Below are positions 24,940-33,276 of a stretch of DNA of 43,576 nucleotides, piece by piece. The stretch is taken from positions 1 through 43,576 of the IMG/VR virus record IMGVR_UViG_3300045988_004347, one strand, 5' to 3'. Made by a program: the position numbers and the translations under genes. The notes below the pieces were generated by a model. That model ran no database searches, had not been told where the DNA came from, and saw only the letters and a list, made by a program, of their open reading frames with translations. How positions within the stretch are numbered: position 1 is the stretch's first letter; every line of letters begins with the position of its first letter. The stretch is from a virus.

Positions 24940-25290
24940 TCACTCCACCTCCTGCATCCAGAACTCGCGGCGACAATCGGAGCACCCCTGGCGCAAACAA
25001 TCGGCGGTAACCCGTATATCCGCAGAAATACGCTTAGGGCACAGGATCAAAAGCCCGGTGTTATCAATATCAGCCTGAGGATACTGCTCCAAAAACACGC
25101 TCTGCCGTGTCTTGCACGGGTGTGCAGCAGACCACTCCTCGACCAGCTCGACAATCTCCTCCGCGCTCTCCTGTGAACGCTCCTTAGCAGGTACAGTACA
25201 AAAGTCAGTCTTGTATACAGGGCAATCCTCGCACTCATCAACCTTTGTGCACATACGCAGATATTCCTTTACAAACTTCACAGCATCCAT
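24940..25290 (-). CDS. Hypothetical Cys-rich protein
   Basis: Start is MDAVKFVKEY at 25290 (TGATG overlap, GGAGGG RBS). Motifs CEDCPVY...C...CSDC. Confidence 0.55.
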   Translation of the reverse strand: MDAVKFVKEYLRMCTKVDECEDCPVYKTDFCTVPAKERSQESAEEIVELVEEWSAAHPCKTRQSVFLEQYPQADIDNTGLLILCPKRISADIRVTADCLRQGCSDCRREFWMQEVE

Positions 25291-25595
25291 CACATTTCCC
25301 TCCATTTGCACCCGTCACAGGCGCCCTCGTGTGCTTGTTTGTACTTCCCGCAGTATTGGCATAGCTCGTTCTTTATGGTGTGCAATTCTTCTTTAAGCCG
25401 CAAAACCCTGTCTGTTTTCGACACAGCCATGTCAAGCAATTCCTTGATGTCTCCCGGCGTCAGCCCCGTGTCCTCGTAGGCGGCAAGGCGGTCTTGCAGC
25501 ACACAGATCCACTCTTGTTCCGTGTATTTCTCCTCGTAATCTGATGCCATAAGAACCTCACCAGTTCTAAGTCGCTCTGTCAGTCGTTCCATCAC
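25290..25595 (-). CDS. Hypothetical coiled-coil / Cys-rich protein
   Basis: 101 aa ending CQYCGKYKQAHEGACDGCKWREM. Confidence 0.55.
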   Translation of the reverse strand: MMERLTERLRTGEVLMASDYEEKYTEQEWICVLQDRLAAYEDTGLTPGDIKELLDMAVSKTDRVLRLKEELHTIKNELCQYCGKYKQAHEGACDGCKWREM

Positions 25596-25891
25596 TCCGC
25601 CTCCTCCTTCACCGCCACAGCCTTTGCCAGCTGTGCCATGCCCTGCTTCATGTCCTCTATCTGCTTATCCCGCCGTGCAATGGCGTCCTTCAGGCTGTCG
25701 TTGGCTTTCATCAGTGCCTCTATGTGCCGCTGCTGGTTCTCGATCAGGTCAGCGGCTTCCCCGCAAACCACACCAGCGCATTTATAACGCGCCGGTCTTT
25801 CAAACGAAGGGCACTTATCCTTTGGGCACGCCCCAGTTTCTATTGCATCACAATGGCACCGCAGCGCGGTCACGATCTCGTCTCTTGTCAT
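25592..25891 (-). CDS. Hypothetical Cys-rich / coiled-coil protein
   Basis: Start is MTRDEIVTALRCHC at 25891 (AAGGAGGAACGAC RBS). The upstream part of the 157-aa ORF overlaps the MTase gene. Confidence 0.55.
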   Translation of the reverse strand: MTRDEIVTALRCHCDAIETGACPKDKCPSFERPARYKCAGVVCGEAADLIENQQRHIEALMKANDSLKDAIARRDKQIEDMKQGMAQLAKAVAVKEEAE

Positions 25892-25902
25892 GTCGTTCCT
25901 CC

Positions 25903-26562
25903 TTATCCCAGCTCGCACGTCATCATGCCACCTTCGCAAATGTCCACGATGTGTTCGCACAATTCTTTGGGGATAACAGAGCGTTCCATACTCCCCTTTA
26001 ACCCCTGTGTCCCTGTCTTTGCCCCTCTCGGCGCAGCCACATGACACAGATCCCCGTTGTGACATGGCGGCTTAAACCCCGGATCTGGGTGATTTGTCCA
26101 GATGTCCGTCGGCTTCATTCGCGTATCTCCGTACTGGCAGTACGTGACCGTATACCGCGGCAAGCCCTGCATCCACGTCATCTTCCGCATGCCGCCCCTC
26201 GGGTTCTCGATAAACCAATACACGGGTGACAACGCCAAGATCAACCGAAGAACGTGCTGGTCTACCTTGTCGCAGAACTTCGCATAATCGCTTACAGGGT
26301 CAAGGTTCCCTGTTTCTTCGTTTTTGCGCCGGTGGTGGCTTATCGCCGCGATGGAAAACGTTGTGCAATCCGGACTGGCCCATATCACGTCCGGTCTGCC
26401 AAACTCCCGGATAATGTCAGCGGCTGTAACAGTCATAATATCTGCGTACAAGTCGATGTTTTCAAACCGCTTGTCCCATTCGATGGAAAACACTTCGTGC
26501 CCACGCGCTTCAAACGCTTTGCCAATACTCCGTGTCCCGGCAAATAACTCCAAAACTTTCAT
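25903..26562 (-). CDS. Short DNA cytosine-5 methyltransferase
   Basis: Start is MKVLELFAGTRS (motif I). ASPDCTTFS is motif IV and FIENPRGG is motif VI. The CQYGDTRMKPTDIW pattern is typical of compact phage C5-MTases. Confidence 0.75.
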   Translation of the reverse strand: MKVLELFAGTRSIGKAFEARGHEVFSIEWDKRFENIDLYADIMTVTAADIIREFGRPDVIWASPDCTTFSIAAISHHRRKNEETGNLDPVSDYAKFCDKVDQHVLRLILALSPVYWFIENPRGGMRKMTWMQGLPRYTVTYCQYGDTRMKPTDIWTNHPDPGFKPPCHNGDLCHVAAPRGAKTGTQGLKGSMERSVIPKELCEHIVDICEGGMMTCELG

Positions 26563-26563
26563 A

Positions 26564-26839
26564 TCAATCTCCAAACACCACGCCGCACTCGTCCTTCAGC
26601 ACGTCCTTGATGTGCTTCCGCTTGATGCGGCCTTCGTTTATTTCCTCTGCCAGCTTCTCCAGGCACTCGTACAGATACGCGATGCTCTGCGTGTCACGGC
26701 TGTCCGCTGTCTCCTCTTGGACGTGCCAGCCGCATTTGTCCATCAGCACCATTGCCACCATGTCCATGTTCTCCCGTGTGCCTTGCAGTTTGCCCCGCAT
26801 AAAGATGCGGTCGTCCCTGCTCAAATGCTGCTTGCCCAT
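26564..26839 (-). CDS. Hypothetical protein
   Basis: 91-aa ORF between the PAPS-reductase-like gene and the C5-MTase gene. Confidence 0.55.
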   Translation of the reverse strand: MGKQHLSRDDRIFMRGKLQGTRENMDMVAMVLMDKCGWHVQEETADSRDTQSIAYLYECLEKLAEEINEGRIKRKHIKDVLKDECGVVFGD

Positions 26840-26840
26840 A

Positions 26841-27914
26841 TCAATACCTCACTCCTATGTAGTCCAGCACCCGCGCATAACCAAGGCCGTCTTTCGTGGG
26901 CTTCCACAGCCCGTCTGTGTCAAACGCCCCGCCGCCGATGCAGAACTGGTAGTGCTTCGGGTGCGTCAGTTTCATGCGCTCAAATCGGTTGATGCCTTTT
27001 TCGAGATGAGCGCCGAACCCACAGAACATACACCCTGTGCGTTGGCAGCCCGTGCAGTGCAGCTTGCAGTCGATCAGCGTCGCGCCGTAGTCGTTCTCGC
27101 CGTCGCTGGCCACGATGTCGCCGTACACGCTGGCGTAAAAGAGATGGTTGTCTATGATAAGCCGCAGCACATCCTGCTCCGTCCAGAAACTCATGGGCTT
27201 AGATAAAGGGCGCTTTCCTTCAAAGGCGTTGCAGCCAGTTTCGCGCCATTTTTGCATCCGCAAAAGACCTTCCTCCGCCATTGTTGCCGTCGTGGGTTTG
27301 ACATCCGCTCGGTGCTCATAGCTCCTTGCTGGGGACTTTTTCATAATTTCACAACACCTGTCTGATATGAGGAATGGAGCCGAAAGCAAATACTTCCACT
27401 TTTCACAGTTGTACATACTCTTTTCCCCATCGGCGCGTAAAACTTCCCCACGCAATAGCTTCATACTTCGGCTATCTGGTGAACGCCGCGCGGTTTCTAT
27501 CCGGTGCGCTACGTCTTTACCGATAATGCTGTACCCGTACTTCGTCACCACCTGCCGAATGTTCATCTTCGGGCGCAGGCGGTGAAGGTTTACGGTCACG
27601 CGGGGAAATTCCCTCCGCAGCCACGCGGCGTACTCATTCACGAACTTCTGAATTTCAGGGTATTCCAGCCCTGTGTTCACGAACACCAAATTCAGCTCCC
27701 ACGGCGGCGTCCTGAAACTCGACAGATACCGAGCCGCCAGATACGCCAGTACCGTGCTGTCCTTTCCGCCGGAGAAGCTGACGTAGCACTGTCCGCCCCA
27801 TGCGGTGTACCACTCGTCCAGCTTTTCGTAGGTCAGTATCTCCTTGTCCTGCACGTCCAGCGCCATCAGTTTCCTTGCCGCCTCATTCGTCAGCGGCTGG
27901 TTTGTGCGCTCCAC
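26841..27914 (-). CDS. PAPS-reductase / DndC-like PP-loop ATP pyrophosphatase family protein
   Basis: 357 aa with the PP-loop YVSFSGGKDSTVLAYLA and a C-terminal Cys cluster CKLHCTGCQRTGCMFCGFG. Confidence 0.8.
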   Translation of the reverse strand: MERTNQPLTNEAARKLMALDVQDKEILTYEKLDEWYTAWGGQCYVSFSGGKDSTVLAYLAARYLSSFRTPPWELNLVFVNTGLEYPEIQKFVNEYAAWLRREFPRVTVNLHRLRPKMNIRQVVTKYGYSIIGKDVAHRIETARRSPDSRSMKLLRGEVLRADGEKSMYNCEKWKYLLSAPFLISDRCCEIMKKSPARSYEHRADVKPTTATMAEEGLLRMQKWRETGCNAFEGKRPLSKPMSFWTEQDVLRLIIDNHLFYASVYGDIVASDGENDYGATLIDCKLHCTGCQRTGCMFCGFGAHLEKGINRFERMKLTHPKHYQFCIGGGAFDTDGLWKPTKDGLGYARVLDYIGVRY

Positions 27915-27915
27915 G

Positions 27916-28347
27916 TCACACCTCCCGTATAGAAAACCCGTACCTACTGCGGAACAGTTTTGCTTTCATGGCATACTCGCGGGTACGCATCCCCTTCACG
28001 TCCTCCACCACCGGCAACCAGTATCGCTGGCCGTAGCTGTCAGGCGCTGTTCTGCGCTCGTACACGAAGTCCGCGATGTAGTCGATACTTTTCACCTTAT
28101 CGCCCTCAAACGTCGTGTACGCCTCTTGCAAGCAGTACCGCACCTGCAATTTCAGCCCCCGTATCTCACCGGCCTTTTGCAGCAGCACCAGCACGTCGTA
28201 GCGCTCCGCCTCCTTCTTGCTGTCGAAGGTCAGCTTCCCGCGCTTTGTCTTCTGCGCCTTGTACTTCCCCGGCTTCTGCATCTTCTCCACGACCTGCTTC
28301 TGCGCCGCCGGGGACAGCCGCGCCAGGTCGTTACTCATCAGGCCCAT
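27916..28347 (-). CDS. DUF1064-type nuclease-like protein
   Basis: 143 aa. The pattern FDSKKEAERYDVLVLLQKAGEIRGLKLQ...DYIADFVY...EDVKG is typical of DUF1064. An alternative start lies at 28338. Confidence 0.6.
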   Translation of the reverse strand: MGLMSNDLARLSPAAQKQVVEKMQKPGKYKAQKTKRGKLTFDSKKEAERYDVLVLLQKAGEIRGLKLQVRYCLQEAYTTFEGDKVKSIDYIADFVYERRTAPDSYGQRYWLPVVEDVKGMRTREYAMKAKLFRSRYGFSIREV

Positions 28348-28545
28348 TCAGTTTCCCTCTTTTCTCCAATCCTCGTTTGTTCATCGTGTACTGCACCTCA
28401 TGGACGATGCGGTTTTCACCGCAGCGTTCGCACGTGCCGCCCAGCGTCCGCCGCCACATGGGGCAAAGATGTACTCGTCCTCCATGTCCCATATGCACTG
28501 TCCGCACAGCTTCGCCGTGGCGATCTTCCAGATGCCCGCATTCAT
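28331..28545 (-). CDS. Split zinc-ribbon ORF pair or frameshifted gene
   Basis: Frame A (28545-28381, ATGA-coupled upstream) carries CGQC. Frame B (28459-28331, ATGAGTAA-coupled downstream) carries CERCG. A -1 shift near GCC CCA would join them. Confidence 0.35.
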
Positions 28546-29177
28546 GGCTTCGACCCCTTGATGTACTTCCCCATCCAGGCATCACGTGCACCGTCGGTTT
28601 TGCCGACAGGTGCAGCAGGGGCATGTCCCCACCGTTCCCACTTCTCAGCATTTCGGCAAGCCGCTTTCCAGTCTTTCATGGGGGTCTTGCCAACCATCCA
28701 GCCTTTCGCTTCGTAGAAGTCGATAAAGCCTTGCGGGTCTACCGCCGAATGGCGTTCAGCCACGTAGGACTGAACCTCTGCCAGTGTGGGTGGGGTAAAG
28801 CGCTTCGCGCGCGTGCTCCCACCGTCAGGTGGGAATAAGTCTTTGTCTTTGTCTTTGTCTTTGTCTTCTTTCTTTGTCTTAGTAGGCTTGGGGTCATTTG
28901 CGTTTGCTTCGGTTTGCTTGCTTTTGCTTGAACTTGCTTTCGTTTGCTTGCCGCCTTTCGTTCCGTTCCTTGCCCGTTCAGCGGAAAGCTCATCGTCCCT
29001 GTCTAACATCGTCCGGAACACCGGAAACAGTATGCTTTCCGCGCCCTCCAACTCCGGCGGGATGCCTGTTCTTGCGTACTCCAGAATGGCAATAAACAGA
29101 CGCCCTCGCTCCGCATCTGTCAACGCCGCTGTCTGTTCTATCCAGTCATAGTAGGCTTTCACATAGCACTTGCCCAT
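28542..29177 (-). CDS. DnaD-like / phage replisome organiser protein
   Basis: 211 aa. The N-terminus is YYDWIEQTAALTDAERGRLFIAILEYARTG. The C-terminus FTPPTLAEVQSYV...FIDFYEAKGWMVGKTPMKDWKAACRNAEKW matches the replisome-organiser pattern. Confidence 0.55.
   Translation of the reverse strand: MGKCYVKAYYDWIEQTAALTDAERGRLFIAILEYARTGIPPELEGAESILFPVFRTMLDRDDELSAERARNGTKGGKQTKASSSKSKQTEANANDPKPTKTKKEDKDKDKDKDLFPPDGGSTRAKRFTPPTLAEVQSYVAERHSAVDPQGFIDFYEAKGWMVGKTPMKDWKAACRNAEKWERWGHAPAAPVGKTDGARDAWMGKYIKGSKP
28839..28868. repeat. Hexanucleotide tandem repeat (GTCTTT)x4 plus one imperfect copy
   Basis: Encodes the (KD)n linker of the DnaD-like protein. The repeat is in-frame. Confidence 0.8.
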
Positions 29178-29218
29178 CGCCCCACTCCTCCTGCATCTTG
29201 CCCATTCACGTCACCCCC

Positions 29219-29617
29219 TTAGAAAGGCAAATCTGACATGTCATCCTCGTCCATCTCCACGAACTGGCTCTGGCCGTCCGTCCGGGGCGGCATACCGTGC
29301 CCGTCCTCGTTCTTACCGCAGAAGTGTACCCTGTCCACGGTCATCTCCGTCACACTGCGCCGGTTGCCGTCCCTGTCGTCGTATTCGCGGGTAGACAGTC
29401 TGCCCTCTACCGCCAGTTCCTTGCCCTTGCGGAAGTATTTGCAGATCATCTCTGCCGTGCCATGCCACGCCACGCAGTTCAAAAACAGCTTTGTCTCCCG
29501 GTCTTTGATGGTCTCGCTCCACGCCACGCGGAAGCTGCACACCGCCGTCCCGTTGTTGGTTCTCCGCATCTCAGGATCCGCACAGAGCCGTCCCTGCAAA
29601 ATCGTTCTGTTTACCAT
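29219..29617 (-). CDS. ssb: Single-stranded DNA-binding protein
   Basis: Start is MVNRTILQGRLCADPEMRRTNNGTAVCSF at 29617 (AAGGAG RBS). It has an OB-fold pattern and the acidic tail DEDDMSDLPF. Confidence 0.85.
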   Translation of the reverse strand: MVNRTILQGRLCADPEMRRTNNGTAVCSFRVAWSETIKDRETKLFLNCVAWHGTAEMICKYFRKGKELAVEGRLSTREYDDRDGNRRSVTEMTVDRVHFCGKNEDGHGMPPRTDGQSQFVEMDEDDMSDLPF

Positions 29618-29628
29618 GTCAAATCTCC

Positions 29629-29907
29629 TTACAAATATGATTTCCCAAATTCTCTTCGAAAGTCCTCTTCCGTCCAGCCCTGCTCCTGCATGGCCTTTAG
29701 CTGTCCGTACCGCCGCAGCCTGCGCATTTGTTCGCCGCTGCGGTGTACTGCCGTCTTTCCGTTCCTGTGGCACCTGTTACCGCACAGGTACACAACAAGG
29801 CCGTATTTATCGCTCTTCTTGCGGTTCGCACCACCCAGAAGATGATGCTTCTCTAACGGATCGCTCGGGTCATTCCTGCCGCACAGGAAGCACCGCTTGT
29901 CCTCCAT
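29629..29907 (-). CDS. HNH-like zinc-finger protein
   Basis: 92 aa with the pattern CFLCGR...LEKHHLLGGANRK...LCGNRCHRNGKTAVH. Confidence 0.5.
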   Translation of the reverse strand: MEDKRCFLCGRNDPSDPLEKHHLLGGANRKKSDKYGLVVYLCGNRCHRNGKTAVHRSGEQMRRLRRYGQLKAMQEQGWTEEDFRREFGKSYL

Positions 29908-30112
29908 TGCTTACCACCGTCCCGTCCCATTCGTATTCCGGGCAGCTGTGTATGGCGTAGCTGCGCATGATACCCGCCTTGCGGCCTCCTTTTTTCTTCA
30001 CCGTAGGCGTAGCGTCCCATCCTGGCACCGGCTCCGGGCCTTTCCTCGACCAGCTGCAATCGCCGTAGCACTTCTTGCACGTCCAGCAGGGCTGTATGTG
30101 CAGCTTGTTCAT
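29870..30112 (-). CDS. Hypothetical Cys-rich protein
   Basis: Start is MNKLHIQPCWTCKKCYGDCSW at 30112 (ATGA overlap). Confidence 0.5.
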   Translation of the reverse strand: MNKLHIQPCWTCKKCYGDCSWSRKGPEPVPGWDATPTVKKKGGRKAGIMRSYAIHSCPEYEWDGTVVSNGGQAVLPVRQE

Positions 30113-30648
30113 GCGCTCACCTCTCCCCACCGGCTCACCAGCGCGTCCAGCTCTGCCGGCGTCAGCGTCTCAATACCTACCGCCTTACAGTCCCCCACAA
30201 TGGCGTCTATCAGGCGCGACATCTGCTCCGTGTCGTAGGTGCTGCTTCCGTACCATACCGTCACGTTCACGCAGCCCTTTAGCTTGCTTACGCCCTTGTC
30301 GGCCATCCAGCCCAGACCGTTACGCTCCCAGCCCTTGCAGAACGCATCCGCAGCCTTTTCCTGCAGGCACAGCACCTCGCTCACGCCGCCTATGTTCCGT
30401 ATCTCCTGCCGGTACACCTCCTGCTTGGAGATGCCGTAGTGTGCCGCCAGTCTGTCCAGCAGCACCCAGCAATAGGCGTTGGCATCCAGGCTCCGGCCTT
30501 TGCCCTTGATGGTCACGTTGTACTCCTTGCCGGGCTTCAGCGCGTCGCACACGTCCATCGCGGTCTGCGGCGACTTCACACGCAGCGCCAGCCACGCGCC
30601 ATCACTGTCCTGCTGCCACCGTGCGCCATCGACTGTCACCTGCTGCAT
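30109..30648 (-). CDS. NinB/Orf-like recombination mediator-like protein
   Basis: Start is MQQVTVDG at 30648 (AGGAGGAAGAATT RBS). GRSLDANAYCWVLLDRLA and the C-terminal LDALVSRWGE resemble lambda NinB (RSLDQNRKLWACLGDVS...WKARWG). Confidence 0.45.
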   Translation of the reverse strand: MQQVTVDGARWQQDSDGAWLALRVKSPQTAMDVCDALKPGKEYNVTIKGKGRSLDANAYCWVLLDRLAAHYGISKQEVYRQEIRNIGGVSEVLCLQEKAADAFCKGWERNGLGWMADKGVSKLKGCVNVTVWYGSSTYDTEQMSRLIDAIVGDCKAVGIETLTPAELDALVSRWGEVSA

Positions 30649-31220
30649 AATTCTTCCTCCTGCGGCCAATGCCCTGTTCGTAGGCATTTTGCCAAATACC
30701 TAAGACGAGGTAGGTAACACCCCTCGACCCAATCCGCGTCATAATCAACCTTGTGCTGTGTCAACCTGTTTTCGTCTATTGGCAGAAAAAAATTAAACAA
30801 TTCGTCTTCTGTAACGCGGTATGCCACAATCCTGCAAAACTTTCTCTTTCGGAACAACCCGCATCCGCTGGCAAACATCTCCACCTGGCACTGCTGCCAA
30901 TACGCTTTCGTAACTTTGAATACAGGTTTGCTATGCGTTTTCACTTCGGTAATGAGTTGTCTGCTTTCCCCGTCATAGTTCACGCGCAAACGTAGCGAAC
31001 GAATGCGTATCTGCCTGTCTCGTGTCTTTACATGCAGCGCATCAAGTATCTTGTGCTCGTAAGCCGTTCCGCATTGCATTGACGGTGTGACAAACCTGTC
31101 TTTTCTAACACCCAGCTTCACCAGCCACCATCTGCGGAATGTATCTGTATTCCAGTTCCCCATGATGGTGGCGGTGTCGCTTGCGCCAAACCAACCGCTT
31201 CTGTCGTGGTTTCGTATCAT
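30636..31220 (-). CDS. YqaJ-like recombination exonuclease
   Basis: 194 aa with WFGASDTATIMG, ...GTAYEHKI and ...ITEVKT, a PD-(D/E)XK arrangement. It is adjacent to the annealing protein. Confidence 0.7.
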   Translation of the reverse strand: MIRNHDRSGWFGASDTATIMGNWNTDTFRRWWLVKLGVRKDRFVTPSMQCGTAYEHKILDALHVKTRDRQIRIRSLRLRVNYDGESRQLITEVKTHSKPVFKVTKAYWQQCQVEMFASGCGLFRKRKFCRIVAYRVTEDELFNFFLPIDENRLTQHKVDYDADWVEGCYLPRLRYLAKCLRTGHWPQEEELCSR

Positions 31221-31861
31221 AGCTTACTCACAGCCTTTTCAAGCGCGTCCAGCTTTGCAAAATATCCCATCAACTGAACAAGCTGTTTTTCGTTGATCCC
31301 AAGTCCCCGAAGCAGGTCGTTGTGGTCAAGCCCATTTCGTTCTTTCATGGTGATTAGCCTTTCAAGTCTCTCCTTTATGGCAAAGATACTGTGACGGCTC
31401 AAATCGTCCTCGCCATCGTCTCCGTCACCTTCTGCCCAAAGGTCAAACCCAAGTCCGGTGCGAACGGCAACGCCCTTAACGAAAGCTCTCGCCAGCGCGT
31501 TGTTTATGCGGAGTTGGTTCAGCGTGTCCTCATACACCACAAGGGATCCGTTCAGCAAAGGCATGTCGTAGGAAAACTCCAAATCGTCAATGTGGATTTC
31601 AACAGACACAAACCAGCATTCTGTAATCCTTCCTTTACTGGTAGTAATTTTGGCCTGCGGCCACAGGTATGTATTTGTTTCCGGGCACCGCCGAGGAGCA
31701 TACCACACGCTGGATGCTCCGTTTTCGTGGAGCAACTTGGCGCACTTTGCCCAACTCAAATAAGGGACCTTGATAACATTACCCTTCTCGTCCTTTGCGT
31801 CGCGCAAATCGCAAAACGGCTTTACATCCACCTGTATTAACTCGTCAAAAGATTTCAGCAT
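31217..31861 (-). CDS. Rad52-like single-strand annealing protein (DUF1071/Sak-type)
   Basis: 214 aa with IKVPYLSWAKCAKLL and INNALARAFVKGVAVRTGLGFDLWAEGD, typical of this family. Confidence 0.65.
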   Translation of the reverse strand: MLKSFDELIQVDVKPFCDLRDAKDEKGNVIKVPYLSWAKCAKLLHENGASSVWYAPRRCPETNTYLWPQAKITTSKGRITECWFVSVEIHIDDLEFSYDMPLLNGSLVVYEDTLNQLRINNALARAFVKGVAVRTGLGFDLWAEGDGDDGEDDLSRHSIFAIKERLERLITMKERNGLDHNDLLRGLGINEKQLVQLMGYFAKLDALEKAVSKL

Positions 31862-32058
31862 TATTCTTCCGCCTTTCCCACATACTCACTGCCGCAATAC
31901 GGGCATTGGTATTCTGTCATTTCCTCACCGAACTCGCCGTCCGGGTAATGTTTGTAGGTACACATAGCCGGGTCTTCAAACTCCGCACCACAATCATCAC
32001 AGATGTACAAAACGCCGGTGTCTATGCGCTCCCATCTTTTCTTTTTAACTCGCATCAT
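31861..32058 (-). CDS. Small zinc-ribbon protein (65 aa)
   Basis: Start is MMRVKKKRW at 32058, overlapping the upstream stop. Motifs CDDCG...CPYCG. The rest of the 196-aa ORF overlaps the upstream gene. Confidence 0.55.
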   Translation of the reverse strand: MMRVKKKRWERIDTGVLYICDDCGAEFEDPAMCTYKHYPDGEFGEEMTEYQCPYCGSEYVGKAEE

Positions 32059-32573
32059 GCCAGCCTCCCAGCCGCTTTCAGCACTTCCCGCATAGGCTTC
32101 CGCGCCTTGAGGATAGACATAGCCCGCGCCGTCTCCCGCCTGTATTGCCGCCACAGGTCGCTCAACTCGTCGCTCTGGTAATATCCGTCCCCGTCGTTGC
32201 AGATCATCACGCCCTGCTTCTTGGCTTCCGCCACCGCCTTCCGCATCTTCCGGTCGGTGGTGTGCAGCGCCGCCGCCAGGTCTTCCCGGCTGATGGCGTT
32301 CCTGCGTCCCTTTGGGATCAGACAGGCGATCCGCTCTGTCTCCGCCGTACGTATAGGCATCTCCGCTTTCTCGTCCTCGCCGAACAGATACGCCCTGCTG
32401 GCCCACAGCGCCGCCTCCAGCGCCTCGGTGACTTCCTCCGTGGGCAGGCACACGCCGTTTTCAAACCGGCTCACCATGCTCACGTCCATCCGTGCGTCTG
32501 CCAGCTTCAGAATGCCGCTGACCGCCTCCTGCGTCAGCCCCAGTTCCAGCCGCCGTTCTTTCAGTCGGTTCAT
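32055..32573 (-). CDS. XRE-family HTH regulator with a C-terminal winged-helix-like domain
   Basis: 172 aa. MNRLKERRLELGLTQEAVSGIL...VSRFENG. Confidence 0.65.
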   Translation of the reverse strand: MNRLKERRLELGLTQEAVSGILKLADARMDVSMVSRFENGVCLPTEEVTEALEAALWASRAYLFGEDEKAEMPIRTAETERIACLIPKGRRNAISREDLAAALHTTDRKMRKAVAEAKKQGVMICNDGDGYYQSDELSDLWRQYRRETARAMSILKARKPMREVLKAAGRLA

Positions 32574-32797
32574 CTCCCATCCCTCTTTCTTATCGCCTTT
32601 TTGGCGTTCTCTCGCCTTGCGCTGTTCATGCTGTAAAAATCAGCCTCGCTGTACGCTGCGTACCGCTTCGCCTTGTCGGTCTGAACGTCCTGTAAATACA
32701 CAGCATAGTCCTCGCACTGCCCGTGACACTTCGCGTGTCTGCGCTGGCAGCCCTTGCAGGGCGGGGCCTTCCGGTTCACAAGCCCGATCATTCCCAC
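32570..32797 (-). CDS. Hypothetical Cys-rich protein
   Basis: 75 aa with CKGCQRRHAKCHGQC. Confidence 0.5.
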   Translation of the reverse strand: MGMIGLVNRKAPPCKGCQRRHAKCHGQCEDYAVYLQDVQTDKAKRYAAYSEADFYSMNSARRENAKKAIRKRDGR

Positions 32798-33276
32798 TTC
32801 ACCATCGCTTTCACAACACCGGCCTGCGCCGCGTCCTCGTGGCTCATCAGCACGTCTACCGTGTAGCCGTACACACCGGTGTCTGCCGCTATGTAAGTCT
32901 TACCGCCCAGCGTCACGGTGCTGCCCAGCGGGATGATATCCGGGTCTACCGCCACGGCCTCGCCGATGCTCACCCACCGACCGGATGCCGTCAGCACCTT
33001 GCCGTCCCGCTGGTTCATGTGGGCGTAGGGTGTGCAGCAGGCGCAGTACCCGGTGATGTCGCATACCAGCACGTTCTCCGCCTCTGGCTCCGCGATCTCT
33101 GCCGTGGGCGGTGACTGCACCACGTCCTCCTGCACCGGCGGCAACGTCAGGCACCACGCCACCAACACCAGCAGCATCACCCACAGGACGATTGCCACTA
33201 CCCAAATACGCCTGCACCATCTCCTGGTGCGGCACATACGGGAGTATTCCCGCGCCCGCCTGTTCCGCGCTCTCAT
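32788..33276 (-). CDS. Membrane-anchored 3D-domain protein (MltA/RlpA-like fold)
   Basis: The likely start is MRARNRR at 33276 (ATGA-coupled). The TM helix is IWVVAIVLWVMLLVLVAWCL. The C-terminus TASGRWVSIGEAVAVDPDIIPLGSTVTLGGKTYIAADTG fits the 3D domain pattern. Confidence 0.65.
   Translation of the reverse strand: MRARNRRAREYSRMCRTRRWCRRIWVVAIVLWVMLLVLVAWCLTLPPVQEDVVQSPPTAEIAEPEAENVLVCDITGYCACCTPYAHMNQRDGKVLTASGRWVSIGEAVAVDPDIIPLGSTVTLGGKTYIAADTGVYGYTVDVLMSHEDAAQAGVVKAMVKWE

Noticed and set aside
28839-28868. The (GTCTTT)n repeat as a phase-variation switch.
   Set aside because: With a unit length of 6 nt, slippage stays in frame. It would only change the length of a KD linker, not switch the gene on or off.
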